NCBI GenBank assembly: GCA_041497675.1
Contig: JBGQGY010000025.1
Location: forward strand, 1 to 35,089
DNA length: 35,089 nucleotides
Direction: 5' to 3'
From: a bacterium
GTDB taxonomy: Bacteria; Sysuimicrobiota; Sysuimicrobiia; Sysuimicrobiales; Humicultoraceae
Positions 9,653-19,450 of the stretch are shown here, piece after piece (the stretch's first letter is position 1; each line of letters starts with the position of its first letter). Made by a program: the position numbers and the translations under genes. The notes under the pieces were generated by a model. It ran no database searches. It had not been told where the DNA came from and saw nothing but the letters and a program-made list of their open reading frames with translations.

Positions 9653-10705
9653 GTGAATATGACCCTCGTACGCCTGGCGGCCGTCGTGCTGGTCATCGCG
9701 CTATTGTCGAGCGCGCCGGCCCCCGTGGTCAAGGCCCAGTCCAACCAGCTGGTCGTGAACGGGTTCGGGGGCGAGTATGAAGATATCTTCAAGAAGACCC
9801 TCAAAGAGCCATTTGAGCGCCAGTTCAACGCCCGCATCATCTTTGACCCCACGGGTAGCGCCTCGGAGGACTACGCCAAGATCCGGGCCACCCGCGGCGA
9901 CCCGGGGTGGGACGTCGTTGTGATGACCGCGCCCGAAGCCATCCTGGGCTGTAGGGAGAAGTTGCTCCAGCCGATGACCGAGGCCAACATCCCCAACCTC
10001 AAGCAACTGTATCCGGAAGTGCAAAATACCGTCGCACCCTGCGGGGCCGTCCAGGAAATCCAGTACATGAGCCTGATGTACAACACGAACTCCGTGCGAC
10101 CCGCGCCGGATTCATGGAAGGTCTTCTGGGATCCTCGATACAAAGGCCACATCATCATCCCCGACATCGGCAGCATCTTGGCGGTGTACTTCCTGATCAT
10201 GGCATCGTACTCGTACGGTGGCGACGAAAAGAACATCGATCCCGGGTTTGACGCGATCGCGCGCCTGAAGCCGAACGTGACGGCCATTATCCTGTCGTCA
10301 TCGGCGATGATCCCGTATGTCGAGCGTGAGGAAGTGTGGCTGCTCCCGTACTGGGACGGTCGCGCGCACTACTACCGCGGCCGCGGCCTCCCGGTCGACT
10401 TTGTGATCCCGAAAGAAGGCAGCATCTTCCTGTTGGGCGCGCTCAGCGTGCCAATCGGAGCGAAGAACAAGGCGCTGGCGTACAAGTTCATCGACTGGTG
10501 GCTCTCTGCGGATGTCCAGCGGAAGTGGGCCATGGCCTACACCGTGGGTAGCGCGCGCGGCGGGCTCTCGTTCCCCACCGAGCACCGGCAAGCGCACATC
10601 AGCAGCATCGCTCAGGTCCGGAAGTTCAAGAACGTCGACCCCCTGTTTATCGGCGAGAAGCGCTCCGACTGGGCCGAGCGGTGGACGAAGGTGATCGCGC
10701 GCTGA
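9653..10705 (+). CDS. ABC transporter substrate-binding protein, PotD/PotF-like (polyamine/opine/phosphonate class)
   Basis: Sec-type signal ending VKA-Q; GFGG, LMYNT, PDSWKVFWDPRYKG, IPKEG and AYKFIDWWLS motifs; start placed at GTG 9653 from SD GGAGG at 9640-9644 (ORF track starts 9644). Confidence 0.88.
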   Translation: MNMTLVRLAAVVLVIALLSSAPAPVVKAQSNQLVVNGFGGEYEDIFKKTLKEPFERQFNARIIFDPTGSASEDYAKIRATRGDPGWDVVVMTAPEAILGCREKLLQPMTEANIPNLKQLYPEVQNTVAPCGAVQEIQYMSLMYNTNSVRPAPDSWKVFWDPRYKGHIIIPDIGSILAVYFLIMASYSYGGDEKNIDPGFDAIARLKPNVTAIILSSSAMIPYVEREEVWLLPYWDGRAHYYRGRGLPVDFVIPKEGSIFLLGALSVPIGAKNKALAYKFIDWWLSADVQRKWAMAYTVGSARGGLSFPTEHRQAHISSIAQVRKFKNVDPLFIGEKRSDWAERWTKVIAR

Positions 10706-11559
10706 GGCCGGCGCGGCGGCCTCCGGCGGTGCTGGTGCTTCTGGCGCCGTCGCTGATCTATCTGATGGTGCTGTTTTTCGTGCCGCTGGGTATCTTGGCC
10801 GCTGTCAGCGTGCTCAAGTTCCACAATGGCCTGATCGTCCGCGAATTGACCCTCGAGCATTACGTCAAGTTTCTGACCGACCCGTTCTATCTCGGCATCA
10901 TGTGGAACACTCTGCGTGTGGCGCTCATCGTGTCCGCGGTCACCACGCTTTTGGGCTATCCCGTTGCCTACGTGCTGGCACGCACGCAGTCGCGGTGGAA
11001 GGGGCTCCTGATCGCGCTGGTGCTCGCGCCTGAACTGTCGGGTGTGGTGCTTCGGACCTACGGGTGGCTGGTGATCCTTGAGGATCGCGGCGTCATCAAC
11101 ACGCTCCTGCGGTCGTGGGGGCTCATCGCGGCGCCGATCCGGCTCGTCCACAACTATACGGGTGTGATTATCGGGCTCACGCACGTGCTGCTGCCCTTTG
11201 CCATCCTGGCGCTCATGGCCTCGATCCAGGCCATCGATCCGACCCTCGAGCAGGCGGCGATGAATCTGGGCGCGGGCCGCGTGCGCACATTCCTGCGAAT
11301 AACCCTCCCGCTGTCCGCCCCCGGGGTGCTGGGTGCCTTCTTTCTGACCTTCAGCCTATCGGCCAGCGCGTATGCGACACCCGCCATCTTGGGCGGCAAG
11401 GGCGTCGAAGTGATGGCCACGATGATCTACACGCAATTGCTCTATATCCTCAACTGGCCGTTCGCGGCGGCGCTCTCGGTGGCGCTCATGGCCGTGGTCC
11501 TGGTGACGATGTTCGCGTCGGCGCGTCTTGTTGGCCGGATGAGTGGGGTGTTCCAGTGA
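10681..11559 (+). CDS. ABC transporter permease, PotB-like
   Basis: LLGYPVAY, VVLRTYGW, LEQAAMNLGA (EAA loop), TPAILGG, NWPFAAALS. Confidence 0.93.
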   Translation: MDEGDRALRPARRPPAVLVLLAPSLIYLMVLFFVPLGILAAVSVLKFHNGLIVRELTLEHYVKFLTDPFYLGIMWNTLRVALIVSAVTTLLGYPVAYVLARTQSRWKGLLIALVLAPELSGVVLRTYGWLVILEDRGVINTLLRSWGLIAAPIRLVHNYTGVIIGLTHVLLPFAILALMASIQAIDPTLEQAAMNLGAGRVRTFLRITLPLSAPGVLGAFFLTFSLSASAYATPAILGGKGVEVMATMIYTQLLYILNWPFAAALSVALMAVVLVTMFASARLVGRMSGVFQ

Positions 11560-12365
11560 GCCAGGTGAAGCGTCACCTGCCACGCTGGAGCCTTTTGGCG
11601 ATCGTGGGAATCATTTACGCGTACATGTTCCTCCCGATTGTGGTCGTGGTGCTCACATCGCTCAATCCAGGTCAGTATCTTCAGTTGCCGCCGCGCGGAT
11701 TCTCGCTTCGATGGTACGCGGCGGCGCTCAGCCCGGACTGGCTGGAGCCGTTCCGGGTCAGCCTGATGCTGGCGCTCTTGACGTCGGCCGTCGCGACGGC
11801 GCTCGGCCTGCCGGCGGCCTTCGCGCTCGTCCGCCACCGCTTTTACGGGCGTGATGCGATCAACGCGCTGCTCTTGTCACCGATCTCCCTGCCGGCGATC
11901 GTGAGCGGCGTGGCCATCCTGCAGTTCTTGTCGCTGGCGGGTCTGCACAGTCTGATCGGCTTCAACGCGCTGTTGCTGGCGCATACGGCCATTACGGTGC
12001 CCTACGCCATCCGCACCATCGCCATCAGCCTCCACGGCTTCGACCGCTCGCTGGAACAGGCGGCGGCGAACCTGGGCGCCACGCCGTGGCGCACGCTGCG
12101 GCACGTGACGCTGCCGCTGATCAAGCCCGGGCTGTTCGCCGGAATGGTGTTCGCCTTCATCGTATCGTTCAACAACGTGCCGGTCTCGCTATTTCTAGTG
12201 CGGCCGGGGATGATCACGCTGCCCATCCGCATCCTGAATTATCTGGAGTACCGCTTCGATCCGTCGCTGGCGGCGGTGAACATGCTGTCGCTGGTGGTCA
12301 TCCTGATTATTGTGGCCGCCGCCGAACGCGCAGCGGGCTTCACGAAATTCGTCTACGGCCGATGA
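11556..12365 (+). CDS. ABC transporter permease, PotC-like
   Basis: GTGA overlap with the previous stop; PPRGFSLRWY, LEQAAANLGA, FAFIVSFNN, TLPIRI. Confidence 0.93.
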   Translation: MSQVKRHLPRWSLLAIVGIIYAYMFLPIVVVVLTSLNPGQYLQLPPRGFSLRWYAAALSPDWLEPFRVSLMLALLTSAVATALGLPAAFALVRHRFYGRDAINALLLSPISLPAIVSGVAILQFLSLAGLHSLIGFNALLLAHTAITVPYAIRTIAISLHGFDRSLEQAAANLGATPWRTLRHVTLPLIKPGLFAGMVFAFIVSFNNVPVSLFLVRPGMITLPIRILNYLEYRFDPSLAAVNMLSLVVILIIVAAAERAAGFTKFVYGR

Positions 12366-13435
12366 GCAACGCGGCTGCAGAAGTCGAGCTTCGCGAGGTC
12401 ACTAAGCGCTTCGGCCGGGCCGTGGCGGTGAACCAACTATCGCTGGAAGTGCGCGCAGGCGAGTTCCTCACGTTGCTGGGCCCCAGCGGCTGCGGCAAGA
12501 CAACCACCCTGAACATCGTGGCAGGGTTCCTCGATCCCGACGAGGGAACGATCGCGCTGCGCGGGCGGCAGGTCAATTTTCTCCCGCCCTTTCAGCGCGA
12601 CACGAGCATGGTGTTTCAGAGCTATGCGCTGTTCCCCCACATGACCATCTTCGAAAACGTGGCCTTCGGGTTGCGGATGCGGGGGGTGTCCGAGGGGGAC
12701 ATCAAGCGCCGCGTGCTGCAGTCGCTGGAGCAGGTGCAGCTCGCAGGCTTAGATGACAGATATCCCCGGCAACTCTCGGGTGGGCAGCAGCAGCGCGTGG
12801 CGCTGGCGCGCGCGATCGTGACCGAGCCGACGGTGCTGTTGCTCGACGAGCCGCTGTCGAACCTCGATTTGAAGCTGCGCGAGTCGATGCGACTCGAACT
12901 GAAGGCCCTGCAGCACCGGTTGGGCCTCACGACGATCTACGTTACGCACGATCAGAGCGAGGCCCTCGTGATGTCTGACCGCATCGTCGTGATGCATCAA
13001 GGGCGCGCCGAACAAGTCGGCACGCCGCTGGACATCTACGAGCGACCGGCGACCCCGTTCGTCGCAGAGTTCATCGGGTCGATGAACTTCCTGCGCGCCA
13101 CCATGGCCGGCGCCGTCGATGGCGGGATAGAATTGGTCACGCGCGGCGGGCTGCGCCTGCGGGTCCCGGCACCGCCGGTGTCGGGAGAGGTGCTCGTGGC
13201 GATCCGGCCGGAGCGCTGCCGGCTCGTCCGGACGCAGCCTGCGGGCCTCAATACGTTCCCGGCGGAGGTCCAGGAGGTTGTGTACCTTGGCGCGACGATC
13301 CGCTATCAGCTGGCACTGGCGGGCGGCGAACCGTTGATTGTAGATGACCTGAACGCGCCGTCTATGGCGGTCCGACCGGGCGACGCGGTGTGGATCGCGG
13401 TGGCCCCGGAACACTGTCTGATCCTCACGAGTTAA
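12362..13435 (+). CDS. ABC transporter ATP-binding protein, PotA-like with TOBE domain
   Basis: ATGA overlap; Walker A GPSGCGKTT, signature LSGGQQQR, Walker B LLLDEP, H-loop VTHDQ. Confidence 0.95.
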   Translation: MSNAAAEVELREVTKRFGRAVAVNQLSLEVRAGEFLTLLGPSGCGKTTTLNIVAGFLDPDEGTIALRGRQVNFLPPFQRDTSMVFQSYALFPHMTIFENVAFGLRMRGVSEGDIKRRVLQSLEQVQLAGLDDRYPRQLSGGQQQRVALARAIVTEPTVLLLDEPLSNLDLKLRESMRLELKALQHRLGLTTIYVTHDQSEALVMSDRIVVMHQGRAEQVGTPLDIYERPATPFVAEFIGSMNFLRATMAGAVDGGIELVTRGGLRLRVPAPPVSGEVLVAIRPERCRLVRTQPAGLNTFPAEVQEVVYLGATIRYQLALAGGEPLIVDDLNAPSMAVRPGDAVWIAVAPEHCLILTS

Positions 13436-15041
13436 AGATGCCGACGCCGGCCCCTCCGCGGGGATCCGCCCCGGCTTCCATCGCGCGGCCGGTGGCATCC
13501 ATGCGGATCGCCTGCACCCGGGACATGTACGTGCTCCGCACCACTCGAAAACCGCGTCGGACCAGCTCATCGACGGTTGCATCGGGGATCGCGGGCTCCG
13601 CGAAGAGCTGTCCCGGCTCCTCGGCGTGAAACCGAGGCCGCGTCACCGCATCCGCCATCCCCAGGCCGAACTCGAGGGTGTTGAGCAGCGTCTGGAACAC
13701 CGACGTAATCAACCGGCTCCCGCCTGGCGCCCCGATCACGATGTACGGCGCGCCGTCTTTCAGGACGATTGCGGGCAACCCGCCGCCGCCGCGCTTGCCC
13801 GGCACGATCGAATCGGGGAATCCCGGCAGCGGGTGGAAGTGGCCGAGGAAGTTGTTGTACATGAATCCGAGGCCGGGGGTGACAACGCCCGAGGCGCCGA
13901 GCGATCCGTTCGAGTGTGTGAGCGCGACGAGGGTGCCGGCCGAATCCGCGACCGAGACGTGCGTCGTCCCCGCGTCGGGGGCCGCCGCAATGCCGGTGCG
14001 CGGTACGCGCCGCCGCACCTCGTCGGCCAGCGTCTTCGCATGGTCCCGCGAGAGACCGTCTCGGATGAAGCGCGTGGCGATGGAGTGCGGCGGGTCGCCC
14101 TTGAGCACGACCTGCTCGAGAAACGTCACGATCATGATCCGGGCGAGGGTGTCGAGGTAGTCGGGGCTGTTGTGTCCGAGCGGCCCGATCGACAGCTGCT
14201 CTGCCACCTGGAGCATCTCGATCAGCTGCACGCCGCTGGTCGGGGGCCGCGCCGTGAACACGCGGTGGCCATGATATTCGCCTTCAACGGGTGTGCCGAG
14301 GTCCGCGGTGAATCCGCGTAGGTCGTCGGCGGTGACGAGACCGCTGTGCGCCTGGATGTCATCCATCATTCGGCGGGCGATCTCGCCCGTGTAGAAATCC
14401 TCGGGGCCTTCGGACGCCAGCCTCCGGAGCGTGCGCGCTAGATCGGGCTGGACCATGCGCTCGCCTTCCTGCCAGGGACGCCCCTGGTTGAGAAAGATGG
14501 CCGCGCACGCCGCCGTCCGCGTCAGCGCGCGCATGAGCCCGGGATAGCCCGGCCGATCCTCGGTGTTCGCCCAGAAGCGCGCGACGTACGGGTAGATGTC
14601 GAAACCCTCTTCGGCCAGACGGATCGCCGGCGCGAGCAGGTCGGCCCAGGCGACGCGGCCGCTGCCCCATCGTTCGAACAGCGTATGCGCGGCGCGCACA
14701 AACCCGGGGACCATGATGGACTGATAACCTGTTTGGTTGATCTCACCTTCCACGACATAGCGACCAACTGTCTCCGTCCGTGCCTTGTAGCCTGTTCGAA
14801 ACGCCTCCGGCGGCGGGACGGAGCCGATCGTCGAGCTGGCATCCATCGTCGAGATAACGCCGGTCCGGCCGTCGCGCACCACGCCGGCGGCCGTGCCGCC
14901 CAGCCCGCACATTAACGGATCCACGACGCCCTGCGCGAACGCCGTGGCGACTGCGGCGTCGGCCGCATTCCCGCCTCGGCGAAACGCCTCGACGCCGGCC
15001 TGCGCCGCCAATGGCTCGGGGGCGACAATCATGCCATTCAT
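13425..15041 (-). CDS. Gamma-glutamyltransferase-family Ntn-hydrolase (copy 1, non-canonical active site)
   Basis: Starts MNGMIVAPEP at 15041 (ATGA overlap with upstream gene); GGNAADAAVA, GLGG, QPDLARTL, autoprocessing site G|TTHVS, GAPGGSRL, ADPRG; no signal peptide. Confidence 0.92.
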   Translation of the reverse strand: MNGMIVAPEPLAAQAGVEAFRRGGNAADAAVATAFAQGVVDPLMCGLGGTAAGVVRDGRTGVISTMDASSTIGSVPPPEAFRTGYKARTETVGRYVVEGEINQTGYQSIMVPGFVRAAHTLFERWGSGRVAWADLLAPAIRLAEEGFDIYPYVARFWANTEDRPGYPGLMRALTRTAACAAIFLNQGRPWQEGERMVQPDLARTLRRLASEGPEDFYTGEIARRMMDDIQAHSGLVTADDLRGFTADLGTPVEGEYHGHRVFTARPPTSGVQLIEMLQVAEQLSIGPLGHNSPDYLDTLARIMIVTFLEQVVLKGDPPHSIATRFIRDGLSRDHAKTLADEVRRRVPRTGIAAAPDAGTTHVSVADSAGTLVALTHSNGSLGASGVVTPGLGFMYNNFLGHFHPLPGFPDSIVPGKRGGGGLPAIVLKDGAPYIVIGAPGGSRLITSVFQTLLNTLEFGLGMADAVTRPRFHAEEPGQLFAEPAIPDATVDELVRRGFRVVRSTYMSRVQAIRMDATGRAMEAGADPRGGAGVGIFNS

Positions 15042-16588
15042 CGGTCCACTGTCACCATGTTCCAAGGCGTCACGAGTTCCCACCGCCAGTATTGGGTGGG
15101 TTTCAGGCCCTTCACCGGCTTGCGGTACGCGATGACGTTGTTCAGGTAGTACATCGGAATATGGTAAATCTTCTGCATCATGTCCCGCTGGATCTGCCGG
15201 TACATCCCCTCGCGCTCGCGCTGGTTGCGGCTGCGCTGGGCGGTCTGAAGTTGGTCGTCGAGCGCCGTGTCCTTGAGATTGAGGAACTTGGCCTGCTGCC
15301 CCGCCGACCCGAAGAGCCAGCGGAGATTCGCATCGGGGTCTGGGAAGGCCGGGATGGTGCCCAGCATGTAGATGACCATGGTGTCGGCCTGGATGTAGTT
15401 CACGTAGGTGGCCCACTCCACACGAACCACTTCGGCGTTCACGCCGTTCTCTCTTAGGTTGACGACCAGGATCTCCGCCATCTTGATGCGGGTGTCGTCC
15501 GGCGGCGGCGACACGATGACTTTGAAGTCACGCGGCATCACGCCCTCTTGCATGAGCGCCTGAAAGATGGTTTTGGCCTGGGCGTCGTTCTCCTTGAGCG
15601 CGATCTCCTGGAGGGCCTCATCATCGCGCGGCCATAGACCGGGCGGGACGGTGCCGTAGGCTCGGGAGCCCAGCTCGGACGGGACGAGCGTCTTGATGGC
15701 GGCGTCCCAGTTGAGAGACATGTAGACCGCACGCCGAAAGCGCTGGTCGGTGAACGGCGCCTTCAACATCCGGAATCCGAGGAAGACGTAGTTGTTCGCC
15801 GGGGCGCGCGCAATCTCGATGGACGGGTCGCCCTTGAGGACCGGCAGGTTGGCCGCCGTGACCGTGGCGGTGACATCCACGTCGCCGGTCTGGAGGGCCG
15901 CGGCCGCTGTGCTGCTGTCGGGGATCGGCCGGAGGATCACCCGTTCCAATGCCGGACGCTTCAGCCAGTAGTCCCGGTTGGCGTCGAGCACGACCCGGTT
16001 GTTGATGACCCACTCGGTGAGCTTGAACGGTCCGGTCCCCACGGGTTGCTTTTCGAACGCGGCGCCCGCGGCCTCGACGGCCTTGCGCGGTACGATGAAC
16101 AGCGAGGACAGCGCCGCGGGAAACGGCGCAAAGGGGAACTCGAGGGTGATGTCGACCCGGTCGCGCCCCTGCGCCGCGTAATTCTTGATCACGCGGATAT
16201 TCTCAGCCTTTCGACCGATGGCATTGGCCGGGTCAAAAGCCCTGCGCAGCGAGAACACCACGTCGTCGGCCGTCAGCTCGTCGCCGTTGTGGAACTTGAC
16301 GCCCTTGCGCAGGTAGAACGAGTAGGTGAGCCCGTCGGCTGATACCTCCCAGCGCTCGGCCAGCATCGGCCGCGGCCTGCCGTCGGGCGCGATCATCACC
16401 AGCGGGTCGAAGATGAGCTGATACACGTAGGACGAATCGGCGTCGTTCGTCCGGTACGGATCGGGGGAGATGATGTCCTTTGCCGCACCGATCACCAGCG
16501 TATTTCTGGCCCCCGGTGCGCTGTGCACCGGATAGACCGGTGCCAGCAACGCCCCCACGACAAGCAGAATCCAGAGCCGTCGCATCAT
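15038..16588 (-). CDS. ABC transporter substrate-binding protein, family 5
   Basis: MMRRLWILLVVGALL signal peptide after SD ggagggagg; LRKGVKFHNG, TADDVVFS, PVGTGPFK, PFTDQRFRRA. Confidence 0.93.
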   Translation of the reverse strand: MMRRLWILLVVGALLAPVYPVHSAPGARNTLVIGAAKDIISPDPYRTNDADSSYVYQLIFDPLVMIAPDGRPRPMLAERWEVSADGLTYSFYLRKGVKFHNGDELTADDVVFSLRRAFDPANAIGRKAENIRVIKNYAAQGRDRVDITLEFPFAPFPAALSSLFIVPRKAVEAAGAAFEKQPVGTGPFKLTEWVINNRVVLDANRDYWLKRPALERVILRPIPDSSTAAAALQTGDVDVTATVTAANLPVLKGDPSIEIARAPANNYVFLGFRMLKAPFTDQRFRRAVYMSLNWDAAIKTLVPSELGSRAYGTVPPGLWPRDDEALQEIALKENDAQAKTIFQALMQEGVMPRDFKVIVSPPPDDTRIKMAEILVVNLRENGVNAEVVRVEWATYVNYIQADTMVIYMLGTIPAFPDPDANLRWLFGSAGQQAKFLNLKDTALDDQLQTAQRSRNQREREGMYRQIQRDMMQKIYHIPMYYLNNVIAYRKPVKGLKPTQYWRWELVTPWNMVTVDR

Positions 16589-16628
16589 GTTGCCTGCCTC
16601 CCTCCAGCGAATCCGTCCTCGTCGCGCC

Positions 16629-17540
16629 TCACCGGATCGACCGCGGATCGAGTGCATCTCTGACCCCGTCGCCGATGAAATTGAACGCCATGACTGTGAG
16701 CGTGATCGCCGCGCCGGGGAACAATGCCACCCACGGCGCCGTCTGCAGGAACTTTCGCCCATCGGTGAGCATGATCCCCCAATCGGGGGTCGGCGGTTGG
16801 AGCCCCACGCCCAGAAACGACAGCCCGGCCAGCGACGTCACGATGGCGCCGAGGTCCAGGCTGATGAAGACCATGGCCGGCCCCAGACAGTTGGGCAGGA
16901 TGTGCCTGAGGATGATGCGGCCACCCGTGGCCCCGGCGGCGCGCGCCGCGGCGACGTATTCGGCCGTCTTCAGCCCGAGGGTCGCACCACGGAGCAGGCG
17001 GGCGAAGCGCGGCATCCTGGTGAAGGCCAGCACCGCGACGATGTTCGCCAGACTTGGACCGACCGCGGCCATCAGGGCGAGCCCCAGCAGGAACGCCGGG
17101 AACGCCAGCAGCACGTCGACCACCCGCATCACGACCCCGTCGATCCATCCGCCACTGTAGCCGGCGGCCACCCCGACCGTAATACCGGCGACTGCGGCCA
17201 GCGACGCGCTCAGTAGGCTCAGACCCAGGGCGTACCGACCGCCGTGGACGATCCGGCTGAAGACGTCGCGGCCGAGATCGTCGGTCCCGAAGGGATGACC
17301 GGGTCCCGGCGGCCGGAAGGGCGCCAGCAAATCGACCGCGATCGGGCTCCGGGCGATCAGCCACGGCGCGGCGACGCTGCCGAGTGCAAAGAGCGCGATC
17401 ATGGCGGCGCCGGCCACCGCCGTGTGGTGCTGCAGGAACCGCTGCCATGGGGACGGCCGCGGGCGGATCACCTCGGCCCGCCGGGGACGCGCCCGCCCCG
17501 CGGTCGGTGACGGCGCGACCGCCCCGGCGTCGCGCATCAC
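16629..17540 (-). CDS. ABC transporter permease, DppC/OppC-like
   Basis: HPFGTDDLGRDVFSR, EYVAAARAAGA, HILPN, GDGVRDALDPR; GTG 17540 or ATG 17537 overlaps the upstream stop. Confidence 0.94.
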   Translation of the reverse strand: MMRDAGAVAPSPTAGRARPRRAEVIRPRPSPWQRFLQHHTAVAGAAMIALFALGSVAAPWLIARSPIAVDLLAPFRPPGPGHPFGTDDLGRDVFSRIVHGGRYALGLSLLSASLAAVAGITVGVAAGYSGGWIDGVVMRVVDVLLAFPAFLLGLALMAAVGPSLANIVAVLAFTRMPRFARLLRGATLGLKTAEYVAAARAAGATGGRIILRHILPNCLGPAMVFISLDLGAIVTSLAGLSFLGVGLQPPTPDWGIMLTDGRKFLQTAPWVALFPGAAITLTVMAFNFIGDGVRDALDPRSIR

Positions 17541-18478
17541 TCGTAGCTGATCCGTGGGTCGATCATCACGTACACGACGTCGACCAGTAGATTCACCAGG
17601 AGAAACACCAGCGTGACCATCAGCAACGTTCCCTGGACCAGCGGATAGTCGCGCCGGAACATCGCGTCGACGCTGAGCCGGCCGATCCCGGGCCACGCAA
17701 ACACGGTCTCGGTGAGGAAGGCGCCTCCCAGGAGCGTCCCCATCTGCAGGCCCAGATTTGTCACGACCGGGATGAGCGCGTTGCGCAACGCGTGACCGTA
17801 TACGATCTGACGCCCGGTGAGTCCCTTCGCCCGCGCTGTGCGCACGTAGTCCTCGCTCAGGACATCAAGCATCGCCGCCCGCGTGAGACGCGTGGTGCTG
17901 GCGAGCATCACCGAACCCAACGTGACCGCCGGGAGCAACACGTGGCGGAGCCCCTCGAGCGTCCACAGCGGGCCGCCATGCCCCATGGCCGGCAGCCAGC
18001 GCAGCTTGACGCCGAAGAAATAGATCAACAGGATCCCGAGCCAGAACGGGGGCATCGCGACGCCGAGCACCGCCAGACCCATGCTGCCGTAGTCGGCTGC
18101 CGTGTGCTGCCGCAGGGCCGCCACGACGCCGAGCGGCACCGCGATGGCTACCGCCGTCACCATCGCGACCGCCGCCAGTTCCACGGTGGCCGGCAGCGTG
18201 CCGCGGATCAGCGTGATCACACTGTCTTTGAAGTAGTAGGAATAGCCGAGGTCTCCCCGCACAGCGCGCTGGAGGAACAGCGCGAACTGGATCCAGAGCG
18301 GGCGATCCAACCCCAACTGTTGGCGGACGCGCTCGACGTCCGCGGGTTGCGCGTCCGCGCCCAGCATGACCCGCGCCGGATCGCCCGGCACGAGCCGCAA
18401 CATCAGAAAGACCACGAGGGCGACGCCAACCGCGATCGGCACCGCCGCGATCAACCGGCTGACGATGAGTCTTGCCAT
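17537..18478 (-). CDS. ABC transporter permease, DppB/OppB-like
   Basis: MARLIVSRL start at 18478; PGDPA, GDLGYS, DYVRTARAKGL, HALRNALIP, IDPRI. Confidence 0.94.
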   Translation of the reverse strand: MARLIVSRLIAAVPIAVGVALVVFLMLRLVPGDPARVMLGADAQPADVERVRQQLGLDRPLWIQFALFLQRAVRGDLGYSYYFKDSVITLIRGTLPATVELAAVAMVTAVAIAVPLGVVAALRQHTAADYGSMGLAVLGVAMPPFWLGILLIYFFGVKLRWLPAMGHGGPLWTLEGLRHVLLPAVTLGSVMLASTTRLTRAAMLDVLSEDYVRTARAKGLTGRQIVYGHALRNALIPVVTNLGLQMGTLLGGAFLTETVFAWPGIGRLSVDAMFRRDYPLVQGTLLMVTLVFLLVNLLVDVVYVMIDPRISYE

Positions 18479-18483
18479 ATCGG

Positions 18484-19443
18484 TCAGGTGTGTAGGACCG
18501 CCTCGAACTCGGCAAAGACGACGGCGGGGTCGATGGGCCGCTCGATCAGGCCCTGAGCGTACTCCTCCGCGCACAGCCCTTCGATGCCCTTCCGGTTGGC
18601 GCGAACCCCGCTGGGCTTCCAGTCGTCGCCCATGAGCGAGGTCGTCTCTTCGAGTTCTGCGAGCACCCATGGTGTGAGTTCGGCATAGTAGAAACGGCGC
18701 TGCTGCCAGAGGAGTCTGGCCTGATCGAGCGCGCGATACAATGCCGGCGCGATCTGCGGCGACCGCTCGAAGACGTCCCGGCGCAGGCCGACGATGTGGT
18801 GCGGGGGGAAGATCCCCGTGCGCCGGTAGTACTCCTGCTCGGCGCGCCGGTAGTCTGGGATCAAGCGAACCATCTTTCCGTCGGCGGCGTAGAACCCTTT
18901 TGGCGGTACCGGGCACATCACGGCGTCGAGATCGCCGCTCAGCAGCATGTCCCGCAGCGAACGGCCGGCGGGCGCCGGGCGGACGTGGGGCGGGAAGTCG
19001 CCCTGTGGATTCGTGGGGTTTTGGTCATCCACCGGCCCCACCAGCCAGTGGATCTGGTCGATGCGGACGCCGTGTTCTCGAAGCACCGCGCGCGTCCAGG
19101 TGTTGCCCGTGTCTTGCCACCCGTTCGTCCCGATCCGCTTCCCGTGGAGCTGCTTCACATCGTTCAACCCGCCGTCGCGGCGGACGAAGAAGCAGCGGTG
19201 CCGGAACGCGCGAATCGGAAAGAAGGGAATCCCCACGAACGTGCGGTCCCCGTTGGACAACCCGATCAGGAACCGGCTGAAGGAGAGTTCGGCCGCGAGG
19301 ATGGAGGCATCGGTATAGGCGCGGGTCATGGGCGTCGCGCGGTCGATCGTCAGGCGGATGCCCTCTGGGACGATGTCGCCGCCGTAGAGAGGGGCGAGGT
19401 AGTCGTGATCCCGCATGAGTAGGGTGATGGCCGGGTCGCTCAT
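18484..19443 (-). CDS. 4,5-dihydroxyphthalate decarboxylase-like protein (periplasmic-binding-protein fold, no signal peptide)
   Basis: N-terminal DYLAPLYGGDIVPEGI, AELSFS, IPFFPIRAFRH, LHGKRIG, YYRRTGIFPPHH, W.PSGV.ANR and YAQGLI patterns match this family as I know it. Confidence 0.8.
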   Translation of the reverse strand: MSDPAITLLMRDHDYLAPLYGGDIVPEGIRLTIDRATPMTRAYTDASILAAELSFSRFLIGLSNGDRTFVGIPFFPIRAFRHRCFFVRRDGGLNDVKQLHGKRIGTNGWQDTGNTWTRAVLREHGVRIDQIHWLVGPVDDQNPTNPQGDFPPHVRPAPAGRSLRDMLLSGDLDAVMCPVPPKGFYAADGKMVRLIPDYRRAEQEYYRRTGIFPPHHIVGLRRDVFERSPQIAPALYRALDQARLLWQQRRFYYAELTPWVLAELEETTSLMGDDWKPSGVRANRKGIEGLCAEEYAQGLIERPIDPAVVFAEFEAVLHT

Positions 19444-19450
19444 GAAGCGC

